Origin: Vampirovibrionaceae bacterium NZW_1234
Lineage (GTDB): Bacteria > Cyanobacteriota > Vampirovibrionia > Vampirovibrionales > JAGQHJ01
Direction of reading: 5' to 3'
Length of the DNA: 64,000 nt
NCBI GenBank assembly: GCA_041697335.1
Contig: JBGUGD010000023.1
Coordinates: 32,001-96,000 of the forward strand
Positions within the stretch are counted from its first letter, which is position 1, and each line of letters starts with the position of its first letter. Shown here in pieces: positions 10,364 to 19,983 of the stretch. The notes beneath the pieces are model-generated. The model was not told the DNA's origin. It made no database searches and saw nothing but the letters and a program-made list of their open reading frames with translations. A program made the translations under genes and the position numbers.

Positions 10364-11826
10364 AGGGGTACTGGTACTTTTTCCTTGACTCCGTGTCCAC
10401 GGTCTACCAGGCTTTGCAGTTGGGATTGGAGAGCGGCGTTGGTCTTGGTGACCCAGGGTTCGCGAATGGCACGATCCTTGGCGGCATGGAGCGCGTGTTC
10501 GTCCATCATGATGGGGTCGCCGATGTGAATGATCATTTTGCGCGGGACGGATTGAATGAGCTTGGATTTGCCGGTGACGATGGTTTCCAGCTGATGGAGT
10601 GTTTCGGCAATACTTTCCCAACTGGGATGTCGGCGATGGTAGTCGGGAGAGAGGCGCTGGAGATCATAGGCAAGGCGGAGCTTGGGAATGTAATTGCGGA
10701 CATATTTCTCTTTGGTCTCTGGCGCCATCGGTGGCTTGCTGTCGTTATAGCGGGTATACATGAGTTGCCGGATGGTTTGGATGCGTTCAAAGTAAGGCAT
10801 GGATTTGGTTTTGGTCAATTTGAGTTCGTGCTCAATCGGATCCATCAAGGCTTCCAGCACTTGGGCATGAAGGTCGACAACGTTGTCCGCCGACGGGGCT
10901 TGTCCCAGGGCTTGGTGGGCTTTGGTCTGTAAAACGGCGGCGTAAATGGCGTCTAAACGATCGTGGGTATTGAGGAAATAGCGTGGGGGGGTGAAAAGTC
11001 TGAGCTCTTTTTCCAGGCGTTTCATCGCACGTTCCAGGGTCGATTGTGGGTTGTGCAGGTACTGATACGTCATGCCCACGGGAAGGATGGCGATTTTTTT
11101 GCCCTTGGGGGCCACCATTTTGGCAGCCATCATGGCAATGGAAACGGTCCCGGGGTGTCCCTCCAATACTTTGCGGCTTTGGTAGGTCAGCCGACCTTCC
11201 GGAAAGATCACCAAGGGATAGGTTCCATCGACAACCTGGCGTATGGCGGTTGTTCCGGCAGGGCTTGCGGCGTTGTCATGGTGGATGGGGAAGAGTCCCA
11301 TTTTACTGAAGGTGTTGAGTCGGAACCTCTTGAACCATTCAAACGCAGACTGGGCCTGTTTCTTTAGGGTGTTCTTCAGGCCGGCGGGAAGCCAGCCGCC
11401 CAAGCGCGAGAGCCATTGCGGCACCTTGGGTGTTTCCAGTGAAAAGACCGACTGTGTGACCATGACACTGACCGGTGTCTTGGTCCGTCGGGCCAGTTCC
11501 GGCACAAAATAGACATCGCCCGAACCCGGGTGATTCGGGGCAATGATGAGGTGGACTTTTTCTTTGAGAAGACGCTTGAGCGTGTCGATCCCATGGATGT
11601 CCCAGTAAGGAATGTTGTATTGTCCCCGAATCAGAAATTCCCGATTGAGCAGAGACCCAATATTCAGCACTGTGCGAGAGGGGTTTGGCTTAAGGGCCAG
11701 GGAGGGTTCGGTGAACTGATCCGCAGCCAGGTTCCCGGCCTGAAAACGCGGTGTGGCTGAAACCCCAGGGCCGCATGCAACGCCCTTTAAGGGTACACCT
11801 GGTGTCATTGTCGCCTTTGTAATCAT
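10360..11826 (-). CDS. PlsC-family glycerolipid acyltransferase, long form, with N-terminal extension
   Basis: NHPGSGD (HX4D), LVIFPEG and ILPVGMTY motifs. Confidence 0.85.
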   Translation of the reverse strand: MITKATMTPGVPLKGVACGPGVSATPRFQAGNLAADQFTEPSLALKPNPSRTVLNIGSLLNREFLIRGQYNIPYWDIHGIDTLKRLLKEKVHLIIAPNHPGSGDVYFVPELARRTKTPVSVMVTQSVFSLETPKVPQWLSRLGGWLPAGLKNTLKKQAQSAFEWFKRFRLNTFSKMGLFPIHHDNAASPAGTTAIRQVVDGTYPLVIFPEGRLTYQSRKVLEGHPGTVSIAMMAAKMVAPKGKKIAILPVGMTYQYLHNPQSTLERAMKRLEKELRLFTPPRYFLNTHDRLDAIYAAVLQTKAHQALGQAPSADNVVDLHAQVLEALMDPIEHELKLTKTKSMPYFERIQTIRQLMYTRYNDSKPPMAPETKEKYVRNYIPKLRLAYDLQRLSPDYHRRHPSWESIAETLHQLETIVTGKSKLIQSVPRKMIIHIGDPIMMDEHALHAAKDRAIREPWVTKTNAALQSQLQSLVDRGHGVKEKVPVPL

Positions 11827-12137
11827 GGGTCTATCCCCCGCTTTTCCCGAAGCTAACCTCTATGAGCCGCGTGCGCTGTACAATGTTAAACGGTGTCGTG
11901 AATACGAAGAGAGTATAGGACAAACCCCACGGGTTTGTCTCTCAGAATCTTGGAGAAAGTTGCCCTGCCAGAATTTCGTCCTGTAGCGTTCTTGCCTTGG
12001 ATGTCGTTCGCTTCTTGGGCATGTTCCTGGTAAGATTTCACAACGTGCTTATCGTCAATAACGTTACCGGGATTCGACGGGGCGCGATGACATAGGTTAC
12101 AATGCCACTGACACATCAGAAAGAAACGTGCCCCGTT

Positions 12138-13400
12138 ATGAACGCAAAACAACCCCGACGAGTCGTTGTCACCGGAATGGGAGTCATCTCCTCCCTCGGA
12201 CAGCAAATTGAGCCCTTTTGGCAAGCCTTATTGGCGGGCCAAAGCGGTATCCGCGATTTGACCTTTTTTGATACCACGGAGTATCCCTGCAAAATCGGGG
12301 GTGAAATCCGAGAATTCAATCCGGAAGACTATATTCCTAAAAAGGAAGCTCGTCGCATGGATCGCTTCACCCAATTGGCGATGTCGGCTGCCAGAATGGC
12401 CTATGAGGACGCCGGGCTGACCTCGGATAATGTTGAGGCCGATCGTTTTGGCGTGGTCGTCGGGACCGGGGCCGGTGGGATTGGCACCATTGAAGACCAG
12501 GTCTTCGAGATGCAACGCAAAAACACAGTGAAGTGCAACCCGTTCTCTGTTCCCATGATGCTGTGTAATATGGGTGCCGGGCGGATTGCCATTGAATTTA
12601 ATGCCAAAGGCCCCAGCACGGCGGTTATTACTGCGTGCTCCACCGGGACCGATTCCGTAGGGACGGCATTGCGCATGATTCAGAATGATGAAGCCGATGT
12701 GGTCATTGCCGGTGCTTCTGAAGCGCCGTTGACAGGATTGTCCTTCGCCGGTTTCTGTGCGGCTCGGGCTTTGTCCTTCCGGGATGGGGATCCGACCACG
12801 GTCAGTCGTCCCTTTGATGCGGAGCGTGATGGCTTCGTCATGTCCGAAGGGGCTGGGATCTTGATTTTAGAAGACTACGAACATGCCAAGGCCAGAGGGG
12901 CTAAAATCTACGGTGAAGTGACCGGCTACGGTCGTTCTACCGATGCTATTGATCTGGTTCGTCCCCCGGCCGACGGCTCCGGCCTGGCTGTGGCGATGCG
13001 AAGTGCCTTGCGTAATGCGGGTATTTCTCCCGACGACATTGCCTATATTAACGCGCATGCCACCAGCACACCCTTGGGTGATGCGGCAGAAACCAACGCA
13101 ATCAAGCAGATTTTCGGTGATCGGGCCATGTCAGGGCAGCTCCTGGTCAGCGGGACCAAGAGTATGACCGGCCATTTGCTGGGGGCTTCCGGGGCTCTTG
13201 AGTCCATTATCTGTGTGCTGACCCTCCGAGATCAAAAAGCGCCGCCCACCATTAACCTGGAGTCGCCGGATCCGCAGTGTGACTTGGATTATATCCCCAA
13301 TACGGCTCGTGACTTGTCCAATGCCCGATACGTCATGTCCAGCTCCGCTGGGTTTGGCGGGCACAACGCGGTTCTGATTTTCGGCCAGTCGCTGAACTAA
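12138..13400 (+). CDS. fabF: 3-oxoacyl-ACP synthase II
   Basis: RRVVVTGMG, TACSTG (catalytic Cys), YINAHATST, KSMTGHLLGA, GFGGHN. Confidence 0.95.
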   Translation: MNAKQPRRVVVTGMGVISSLGQQIEPFWQALLAGQSGIRDLTFFDTTEYPCKIGGEIREFNPEDYIPKKEARRMDRFTQLAMSAARMAYEDAGLTSDNVEADRFGVVVGTGAGGIGTIEDQVFEMQRKNTVKCNPFSVPMMLCNMGAGRIAIEFNAKGPSTAVITACSTGTDSVGTALRMIQNDEADVVIAGASEAPLTGLSFAGFCAARALSFRDGDPTTVSRPFDAERDGFVMSEGAGILILEDYEHAKARGAKIYGEVTGYGRSTDAIDLVRPPADGSGLAVAMRSALRNAGISPDDIAYINAHATSTPLGDAAETNAIKQIFGDRAMSGQLLVSGTKSMTGHLLGASGALESIICVLTLRDQKAPPTINLESPDPQCDLDYIPNTARDLSNARYVMSSSAGFGGHNAVLIFGQSLN

Positions 13401-13594
13401 GCATTTTTCCGATAACACGTATCATCCCAAAAGCCCCACGCTGAAGGCGTATTGGGGGTTCTGTTTCAAGTTTGTAATAAAACGGGGGGATGCTAACAAA
13501 ATTTTTATAATTGCTTGTTTTTATATATATGTGTAGTGAATCCCTCGTAATGTGTTCTCTCTGTGTTATGTGATGTGTGTATGGAGTGTGTACC

Positions 13595-13786
13595 ATGACG
13601 AATTTGATGCTGAATTCTGATGCTCAAGGTAACTTTTCCGGTATTTTGTTGAAAGCTGCTGGTGATACCACTGCCCCGGTGGTCAGCAATGCGGCCCAGA
13701 TGCGGAATATCCTGTTTGGATTGGTGTACTCGACCCCGCTGTTGATTTCCTCCGAGCCGGCATTGGTGACCTTGCCACTCTGCTAA
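13595..13786 (+). CDS. Small hypothetical protein
   Basis: 63-aa ORF with GGAG upstream, following an AT-rich promoter-like region; no recognisable motif. Confidence 0.4.
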   Translation: MTNLMLNSDAQGNFSGILLKAAGDTTAPVVSNAAQMRNILFGLVYSTPLLISSEPALVTLPLC

Positions 13787-13870
13787 ACCGGGTCAATTCA
13801 ACTCGACTTTGCACAGGCCCATTTGGGTTGCGTATGATAGTTGCGATGCAATTCTCTTATGTTGTAACGC

Positions 13871-15076
13871 ATGGCGCACCCTGCGCTTATCTGGAGTTGT
13901 CCTGTGCGGACTGAGTCCTCAGTGTCGTTGGCCACACTGGCTCGTGTGTTTTTGAGCCTCGGCGCCTTTGCCTTTGGAGGGCCGGCGGCGCATATTGCCA
14001 TGATGGAAGCCGAAGTGGTGCGCAAGCGCCGATGGTTGTCATCAGAGGCATTTTTGGATTTGCTGGGAGCAACGCATTTGATTCCCGGGCCCAATTCCAC
14101 CGAATTGGCCATTCACGTCGGCTATGCCCAACGGGGTTGGCCTGGGCTTTGTGTGGCTGGGTTGTGCTTTATTCTTCCGGCTTTTTGTATCGTTCTGGCT
14201 TTGGCCTGGGGCTATGTTGCCTATGGTGCCCTGCCCGAGGTTGCGTTCATTTTATATGGCATCAAGCCTGTGATTCTGGCCATTGTTCTACAGGCCATCT
14301 GGAACCTCGCCAAATCGGCTTTGAAGACGCCGTTGTTGATTGTATTGGCCTTGAGCGTGTTGATCCTTAACGGTCTGGGGCTTAGTGAACTCCTGCTCTT
14401 GTTCGGTACTGGTATCCTGACGGGGGTGCTTTACTGGCTTCGTCAGCACAGGTCGCCTCCCTCCATGCCGGGATTGGTTGCTTCACCTTGGCTGCTTGTT
14501 GCCTCGCTTGGCAGTGGAGGTGTTTCCGGGGGGACTGTATCGGTGGGGCTTTGGCCGTTGTTTTTCTTTTTTCTCAAGGTGGGCTCTGTTCTGTTTGGCA
14601 GCGGTTATGTGTTATTGGCCTTTCTGCAGGCGGATCTGGTTGATCGCTGGGGGTGGCTGACGTCATCCCAATTGCTGGATGCTGTTGTGGTCGGGCAAGT
14701 TACGCCCGGGCCGGTTTTTACCACTGCCACGTTCATCGGGTATCTTCTTGCCGGTGTCCCGGGGGCGGCTGTGGCAACCATCGCCATTTTTCTGCCGGCC
14801 TTTGTCTTTGTGGCCGTGAGCGCACCGTTTTTATCCCAGTTGCGTCAGGCTAAGGTGATGGGGCATTTTCTGGACGGGGTCAATGCGGCGGCGGTGTCGT
14901 TGATGTTGGGTGTCTCCATGACGTTGGCCCAGACGGCAGTAACGGATCATGTGACCTGGGGATTGCTTATCATCAGTTCGGTGTTACTGATACGCTATCG
15001 CATGTCCTCGCTGTGGCTGATTTTGGCAGGTGCCTTTGTGGGACCCGGCATCCATTGGATTGCTTCCTTTCATTGA
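13871..15076 (+). CDS. chrA: Chromate efflux transporter (long-chain CHR)
   Basis: Two CHR halves: FGGPAAH...IPGPNS and FGSGYV...TPGPVF. Confidence 0.93.
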   Translation: MAHPALIWSCPVRTESSVSLATLARVFLSLGAFAFGGPAAHIAMMEAEVVRKRRWLSSEAFLDLLGATHLIPGPNSTELAIHVGYAQRGWPGLCVAGLCFILPAFCIVLALAWGYVAYGALPEVAFILYGIKPVILAIVLQAIWNLAKSALKTPLLIVLALSVLILNGLGLSELLLLFGTGILTGVLYWLRQHRSPPSMPGLVASPWLLVASLGSGGVSGGTVSVGLWPLFFFFLKVGSVLFGSGYVLLAFLQADLVDRWGWLTSSQLLDAVVVGQVTPGPVFTTATFIGYLLAGVPGAAVATIAIFLPAFVFVAVSAPFLSQLRQAKVMGHFLDGVNAAAVSLMLGVSMTLAQTAVTDHVTWGLLIISSVLLIRYRMSSLWLILAGAFVGPGIHWIASFH

Positions 15077-15241
15077 TCAGAATGAGGCAAAACCCGGTCT
15101 ATCAGGAGTCTTTTGCTATTTATTGTTTTTATAAATTAACATAAGTTAACAAACTGGTATCAAAACGTTAACGATTGTTTTTATGCATACACAGAGAGAA
15201 GTAAAAGCCTTGTGCTTTTTTTTAGGAGAGAGGATACAGAC

Positions 15242-16780
15242 ATGTATACCAGTGGAATACCGTTTGGAGGAATGTCAGCGCTGACGGCATCGGCCGTTCC
15301 TGCTGCGTATCCCCAGGCGGGCGGATATGGACAAAGTTTTGGAATGCCACAAGGGCAATCCTTCGGGATGATGCCTCAGTCATACTTGCCTCAGTTTGCC
15401 GGTAGCCTTGCTGGACTCGGTGCCGGTGCTGCCATGGGTGTTCCCACGGCGGGATTGTTGCCGGGCCTGATGGCCGGCCAGGGTATGATGCCTGGAATGG
15501 GTGGCATGATGCCCGGAATGGGAATGCAGCAGCAGCAAGATCCTATGCAGAGTTTACTGACCAGCGTGATGCTGTTATTGATTAACGAGATGGGTGGCTT
15601 CAAGTCCCTGGGCGGGTTGTTCAACCAGCTCTTCCCCAAGAAGCCTGAACCGCCGCCACCACCTCCGCCGCCGCAACCGTCCTTCTTGAGCAATCCGATC
15701 TTGTTCATTCTGCCCTTAATCATTAAGCTGTTAGAGAAGGGCGATAAGGAGTCCTCCGGATCCGGTTCGGCCCAGACGTCCACCTCGTCGTCCAGCAGCA
15801 CGACATCGGGCTCGTCAACAGCGTCCGGTTCGACAACCAGTGGTAGCACCACGACGGGTTCGACGACCACAGGCTCGACCACGACCGGCAGCACGACGAC
15901 CGGATCAACGACCACGGGCTCAACCACGACTGGAAGTACCACAACGGGTTCAACGACCACGGGCTCGACCACGACTGGAAGCACCACAACAGGTTCAACG
16001 ACCACGGGTTCAACCACGACTGGAAGTACCACAACCGGTTCAACGACCACGGGTTCAACCACGACTGGAAGCACCACAACAGGTTCAACGACCACAGGTT
16101 CGACCACGACGGGTAGCACCACGACAGGTTCGACCACGACCGGCAGCACGACGACCGGATCAACGACCACGGGTTCCACCACGACTGGAAGTACCACAAC
16201 GGGTTCCACCACCACAAGCGGCGGTACCACGGTGTCGACCAGTACGACCACTGGGGCCAATGGCACCACCAATACGGCCAACGTTACCACCACGGGCGGC
16301 AACGTAACCGTCACCCAGAGCGCTGTTGATGGCCAAACGCCGGTTAATAACGTTCAAGTCGGTGGCGCCAGCGTGGACCAGATTGCCCAGAACGCTCGTG
16401 AGCAGATCGAGCGTGCCCGTCAGATGGCCGAAGATATTCAAAATGGACGCATTCCCAACAGCACCTCGACTGCCAGCAGCGGTGGCGGTGGTGGCGGGAC
16501 CACAGCGACCAGTTCCAGCACCAGCACCTCCGGGGCTTCCGGTGGCGGCGGCGGGAATACGGCCGCTCAGATTGCCCAGACCTTTAACCGGGATGTCCCC
16601 TCCAATTCCGGTGAACGGGCCAACAACATCGTCCAACAAGAGATGCAGCGGATTGGTATCCCTGGCAACGGCAGCGCTCCTACACGGACACCGAGTGCCG
16701 AGGAAATCCAGAACGCCATCAGCAGCTCGATTACCCGGATTCACAACGAGGTCTTCACCCGCAGACCCTCGACCCCCTAA
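15242..16780 (+). CDS. Low-complexity protein: Met/Gly/Gln-rich N-terminus, poly-Pro, 25x GSTTT repeat
   Basis: AGGAGAG SD before ATG 15242; repeat codons vary synonymously, supporting this frame. Confidence 0.8.
   Translation: MYTSGIPFGGMSALTASAVPAAYPQAGGYGQSFGMPQGQSFGMMPQSYLPQFAGSLAGLGAGAAMGVPTAGLLPGLMAGQGMMPGMGGMMPGMGMQQQQDPMQSLLTSVMLLLINEMGGFKSLGGLFNQLFPKKPEPPPPPPPPQPSFLSNPILFILPLIIKLLEKGDKESSGSGSAQTSTSSSSSTTSGSSTASGSTTSGSTTTGSTTTGSTTTGSTTTGSTTTGSTTTGSTTTGSTTTGSTTTGSTTTGSTTTGSTTTGSTTTGSTTTGSTTTGSTTTGSTTTGSTTTGSTTTGSTTTGSTTTGSTTTGSTTTGSTTTGSTTTSGGTTVSTSTTTGANGTTNTANVTTTGGNVTVTQSAVDGQTPVNNVQVGGASVDQIAQNAREQIERARQMAEDIQNGRIPNSTSTASSGGGGGGTTATSSSTSTSGASGGGGGNTAAQIAQTFNRDVPSNSGERANNIVQQEMQRIGIPGNGSAPTRTPSAEEIQNAISSSITRIHNEVFTRRPSTP
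15842..16216 (+). repeat. Coding tandem repeat, 25 x 15 nt (GSTTT)
   Basis: 375 nt of GGN-(TCN/AGY)-ACN-ACN-ACN units. Confidence 0.95.
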
Positions 16781-16807
16781 GTCTATTCTCCATATGTATC
16801 CTCGAAT

Positions 16808-16831
16808 CAGAGACGTCCTCGGACGTCTCTG
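16808..16831 (+). terminator. Hairpin after the GSTTT gene
   Basis: Perfect 11-bp inverted repeat cagagacgtcc/ggacgtctctg. Confidence 0.55.
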
Positions 16832-16987
16832 TTGGGTTTTGTCGGGCCTGACCTGAAGCCTTGTGCTAAGAAATGTGACGGGCTGAACCTCTTGTGGGAC
16901 AGGCTTTTCTGAGGTTCCGGATTGTTTCGTGCCCGCTTTTTCTGTATAGTCATGCATTGCTTGTATGGATGGGAGGGACGTGGTGCG

Positions 16988-18328
16988 ATGATATCGATGT
17001 TGGGAATGCAACGTGTAAAGCCGATGGCGGTTGTTCAAGGGACCCCGTCGCGCTTTGGCAGCCAGAAAACGGATCCGTCCGTGTCGCCGGAGACACCGGT
17101 TTATCAGCGACCTGGTGGGTTGGAGGCACTTTTGTCCCACCGCAGCCAGGTGATTCCCGAGTCCCGGATTCGCGGGATTACCCGGGAAGCGGCCAAGTTC
17201 CAAGACGTCATTAACCTGGGCCAGGGCACCCCGGACGGTGATATGCCGCCGGAGGTCAAGTTGGCTGCGCTGCAAGCCCTGGCCGAGACCAAAAATGACA
17301 AGTATGCCCATTCCTGGGGCCTCAAGGAATTTCGGGACGCCATTGCCGAGCGTTATACCAAGACCCTGGGTTTTGCCCGTCCCATTGATCCGGAGACCGA
17401 AGTCGTGGTGACCCATGGGACGGCGTCGGCGATGGAAAACACCTTGAAGGCCCTGGTGGATCCCGGGGATGAGGTGATTCTCTTCTCGCCCGCCTACGAG
17501 AACTATGCCCCCAACGTGGTGATGGCTGGCGGAACGCCCAAGTTCGTGCAACTGAAACCCCCGAACTGGTCCTTTGACCCCGAGGAGTTGAAGGCGGCGT
17601 TTTCGCCCAAAACCAAGGCCATTGTGGTCAACACGCCCGGGAATCCGTCGGGCAAGGTCTTCAGCCGGGCGGAGCTGTCGATGATTGCCCGCGAGTGCAA
17701 GGCCCGCAATGTGGCTGCTATTTCCGATGAGATTTATGAACATATGGTTTTTGACAAGGCCAAGCACGTGTCCATCGCCTCTCTGCCTGGCATGCGGGAG
17801 CGGACCATTGTGATGCAGGGCTTGTCCAAAAGCTACAACGCCACCGGCTGGCGGGTAGGCTTTGTGATTGCCCCGCCGGTGCTGATGAACAAGATTCGCT
17901 TGATGTTTGATTACTCCAACATGTCGGTGGCAGCTCCCTTTCAGAAGGCCGGGGCCGTTGCCATGCGTTTGCCCGAGTCCCATTACCGGGGCGTGGCCCG
18001 ACTGTATCAGGAAAAGCGGGATATCCTGCTGAAGGCCCTGGACAAGGTCGGCTTTAAGACCTTTAAGCCCCAGGGCGCCTATTTCGTGCTGGCCGACAGC
18101 AAGGACATCTGCCAGAAGCTGGGGCTGCCCGATGGGGTGGCCTTGAAGGACTTTATGCTCAAGCATATCGGGGTGGCTGCGGTGCCGATGGCTTCGCTGT
18201 TTTCGGATCCCGAGACCGGCCGCTACATGATGCGCTTCAGCTTTTGCAAGGACAAGGCCACCTTGAAAGCGGCCGGGGAACGGCTGAAAAAGCTCATTCC
18301 CATGCTTGCCGGTCAGAAACCGGACTAA
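16988..18328 (+). CDS. PLP-dependent aminotransferase class I/II with N-terminal extension
   Basis: INLGQGTPD, NTPGNPSGKVF, SDEIYE, SKSYNATGWRVG (PLP Lys); GGGAGG SD before ATG 16988. Confidence 0.92.
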   Translation: MISMLGMQRVKPMAVVQGTPSRFGSQKTDPSVSPETPVYQRPGGLEALLSHRSQVIPESRIRGITREAAKFQDVINLGQGTPDGDMPPEVKLAALQALAETKNDKYAHSWGLKEFRDAIAERYTKTLGFARPIDPETEVVVTHGTASAMENTLKALVDPGDEVILFSPAYENYAPNVVMAGGTPKFVQLKPPNWSFDPEELKAAFSPKTKAIVVNTPGNPSGKVFSRAELSMIARECKARNVAAISDEIYEHMVFDKAKHVSIASLPGMRERTIVMQGLSKSYNATGWRVGFVIAPPVLMNKIRLMFDYSNMSVAAPFQKAGAVAMRLPESHYRGVARLYQEKRDILLKALDKVGFKTFKPQGAYFVLADSKDICQKLGLPDGVALKDFMLKHIGVAAVPMASLFSDPETGRYMMRFSFCKDKATLKAAGERLKKLIPMLAGQKPD

Positions 18329-18467
18329 ATAAACGCAGGGGCTCATGCGAGAGATCTCCTGTGTCCGGAGGAATTTTTATCGGACCGGGTGTTGGGTCGG
18401 ATCCGGTAAAAAGCCTGAGGGCAAGGCCTTAAGCCGACGGTTGGAAATTGCCGGTTGGGCATCGGCC

Positions 18468-18495
18468 CAAAACGTTTTATGATTTTTGTCGATAC
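18468..18495 (+). promoter_or_regulatory. Possible sigma28-type promoter upstream of fliJ
   Basis: CAAA-N16-GTCGATAC versus consensus TAAA-N15/16-GCCGATAA. Confidence 0.35.
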
Positions 18496-18561
18496 TTGAT
18501 TACACTCAACCCTAGAAGGGTCCCGGACCAATCCCCGGAACCCCCAGGAGATCCTCTCGAG

Positions 18562-19017
18562 ATGGCCCGGTTTGTTTATCGCTTGCAGAAGGTGTTCGAG
18601 CTTCGCGAACGCAAGAAAAAGGAGCAGGAACGCCGTGTGCAAGAAGCCAAGGCCCGGGTGCAACAGATCGAACAGGAGATCCAGGTGAAGAAGCAGGAAA
18701 TCCTGATGCTTCGCCAGAACATGATGGCCGCCCCCCATACCCTGTTGGAAATGCACGACATCTTCATCTACAACCTCAACGAAGAAATCGAGCAACTCTA
18801 CCGGGATCTGGAAATGGCCAAGCAGCAGCTGGAGTACGAAAAACAACTGCTGATCAAGGCCCAGGCCGACCTGGAGGCCCTGGTCAAGCACAAGGAAAAA
18901 GCCTACGAGGAGTTCCTCGAGGAAGAAAAACAAGCGGAGTTGAAACAGCTGGATGAAGTGGCGGGACAACGCTACTTTCGTCAGCAGCAGGAGCGGTTGC
19001 TTGAAGAACAGGAATAG
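18562..19017 (+). CDS. fliJ: Flagellar export protein FliJ
   Basis: MARFVYRLQKVFELRER N-terminus, all coiled coil, C-terminal EQ/ELKQLDE motif; 151 aa; AGGAG SD. Confidence 0.85.
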   Translation: MARFVYRLQKVFELRERKKKEQERRVQEAKARVQQIEQEIQVKKQEILMLRQNMMAAPHTLLEMHDIFIYNLNEEIEQLYRDLEMAKQQLEYEKQLLIKAQADLEALVKHKEKAYEEFLEEEKQAELKQLDEVAGQRYFRQQQERLLEEQE

Positions 19018-19050
19018 TCGTCCCTGAACAGGAGGCACCAGCCCAGTCCC

Positions 19051-19863
19051 ATGATGCAGCCCGAATCCACCCAAGCCGTCCAATCCATTCTGCTGTCCGC
19101 CGATGACAGCCAGGTCCAGGAAGCTGTGCAGAATCAGCGCCGGGTTCTTCAGCAAAACCCCATGCGCGAGGTCAGCGATGCCCTGTCGTTTCTGTCGATT
19201 CTGGACACCATGATGATGCCGGTTAATACGATGAAGGCGCAACTGGAGGCCGATGCCATGGGCTTGCTGGCCACCGATGAGAAAGCCTCCGGAAAAACCT
19301 CGGAAAAAGCACCGACGAAACAGGCTCCGAAAGAATCGGCGCCCAATGAAGGCGCAACGAATCCCATGGCCGTTGAGCGGACCGAGAAACAAAAGGTTCA
19401 GGACGAGCTGGACATGCTGACCATGGATCTGAGCCAGTTGACTCTGGGGGATCTGCGGATCCTGCAACAGGTCAACCACGGCATTACCCCGCCCACGCTC
19501 AACAACCTGAGCCCCTCTCTGGTACAGCAGTTTCCCAGTCTCCATTACAAGAGCCTCGCGGTTTCCAAGGGGCTGGAGGAAATGCTGGAGTCTGCCTATA
19601 AGGCCCAAAAGCCCTTGCGGGTGGATCTGTCGGATCGGGCGTCGGTGATTATCCGCATGAGCCGCAATGGGAAAGTTTCGGCGGAGTTTCTGCCCACGGA
19701 TCAGGCGGCCGATTTGTTTTACCGTCAGCAGTTGTCGGAGTTGAAAAGCCGTTTGGAAGCCAAAAACCTTCCCCTGGGCGAATTGTCCGTACGTCAGTGG
19801 AAACAGCAACAGTCGGATTCGCACCAGCAACACCAGCAGCGCGAGCAATCGTCCTCTGAATAA
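19051..19863 (+). CDS. FliK-like (hook-length control C-terminal domain) protein
   Basis: C-terminal beta-rich segment GKVSAEF...LSELKSRLEAKNL..GELSV followed by a Gln-rich tail; lies between fliJ and a hook/rod gene. Confidence 0.6.
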   Translation: MMQPESTQAVQSILLSADDSQVQEAVQNQRRVLQQNPMREVSDALSFLSILDTMMMPVNTMKAQLEADAMGLLATDEKASGKTSEKAPTKQAPKESAPNEGATNPMAVERTEKQKVQDELDMLTMDLSQLTLGDLRILQQVNHGITPPTLNNLSPSLVQQFPSLHYKSLAVSKGLEEMLESAYKAQKPLRVDLSDRASVIIRMSRNGKVSAEFLPTDQAADLFYRQQLSELKSRLEAKNLPLGELSVRQWKQQQSDSHQQHQQREQSSSE

Positions 19864-19983
19864 GAAGCTCTTAGCCCGGTTTCGTCGTAAATCCCCTCTC
19901 TTTATCCTACACGTTACAACACCACGGAATGTCCCCCTCTCTTTGAGTCCCCGAAGAAGAAAGTAAGCTGGAGATACCCCAAT

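Noticed and set aside
15391..16314. (PVVV[E/L])n minus-strand ORF and other frames of the repeat
   Set aside because: Nucleotide variation is synonymous only in the GSTTT frame
16160..18346. 728-aa minus-strand ORF
   Set aside because: Shadow of the aminotransferase and the GSTTT gene
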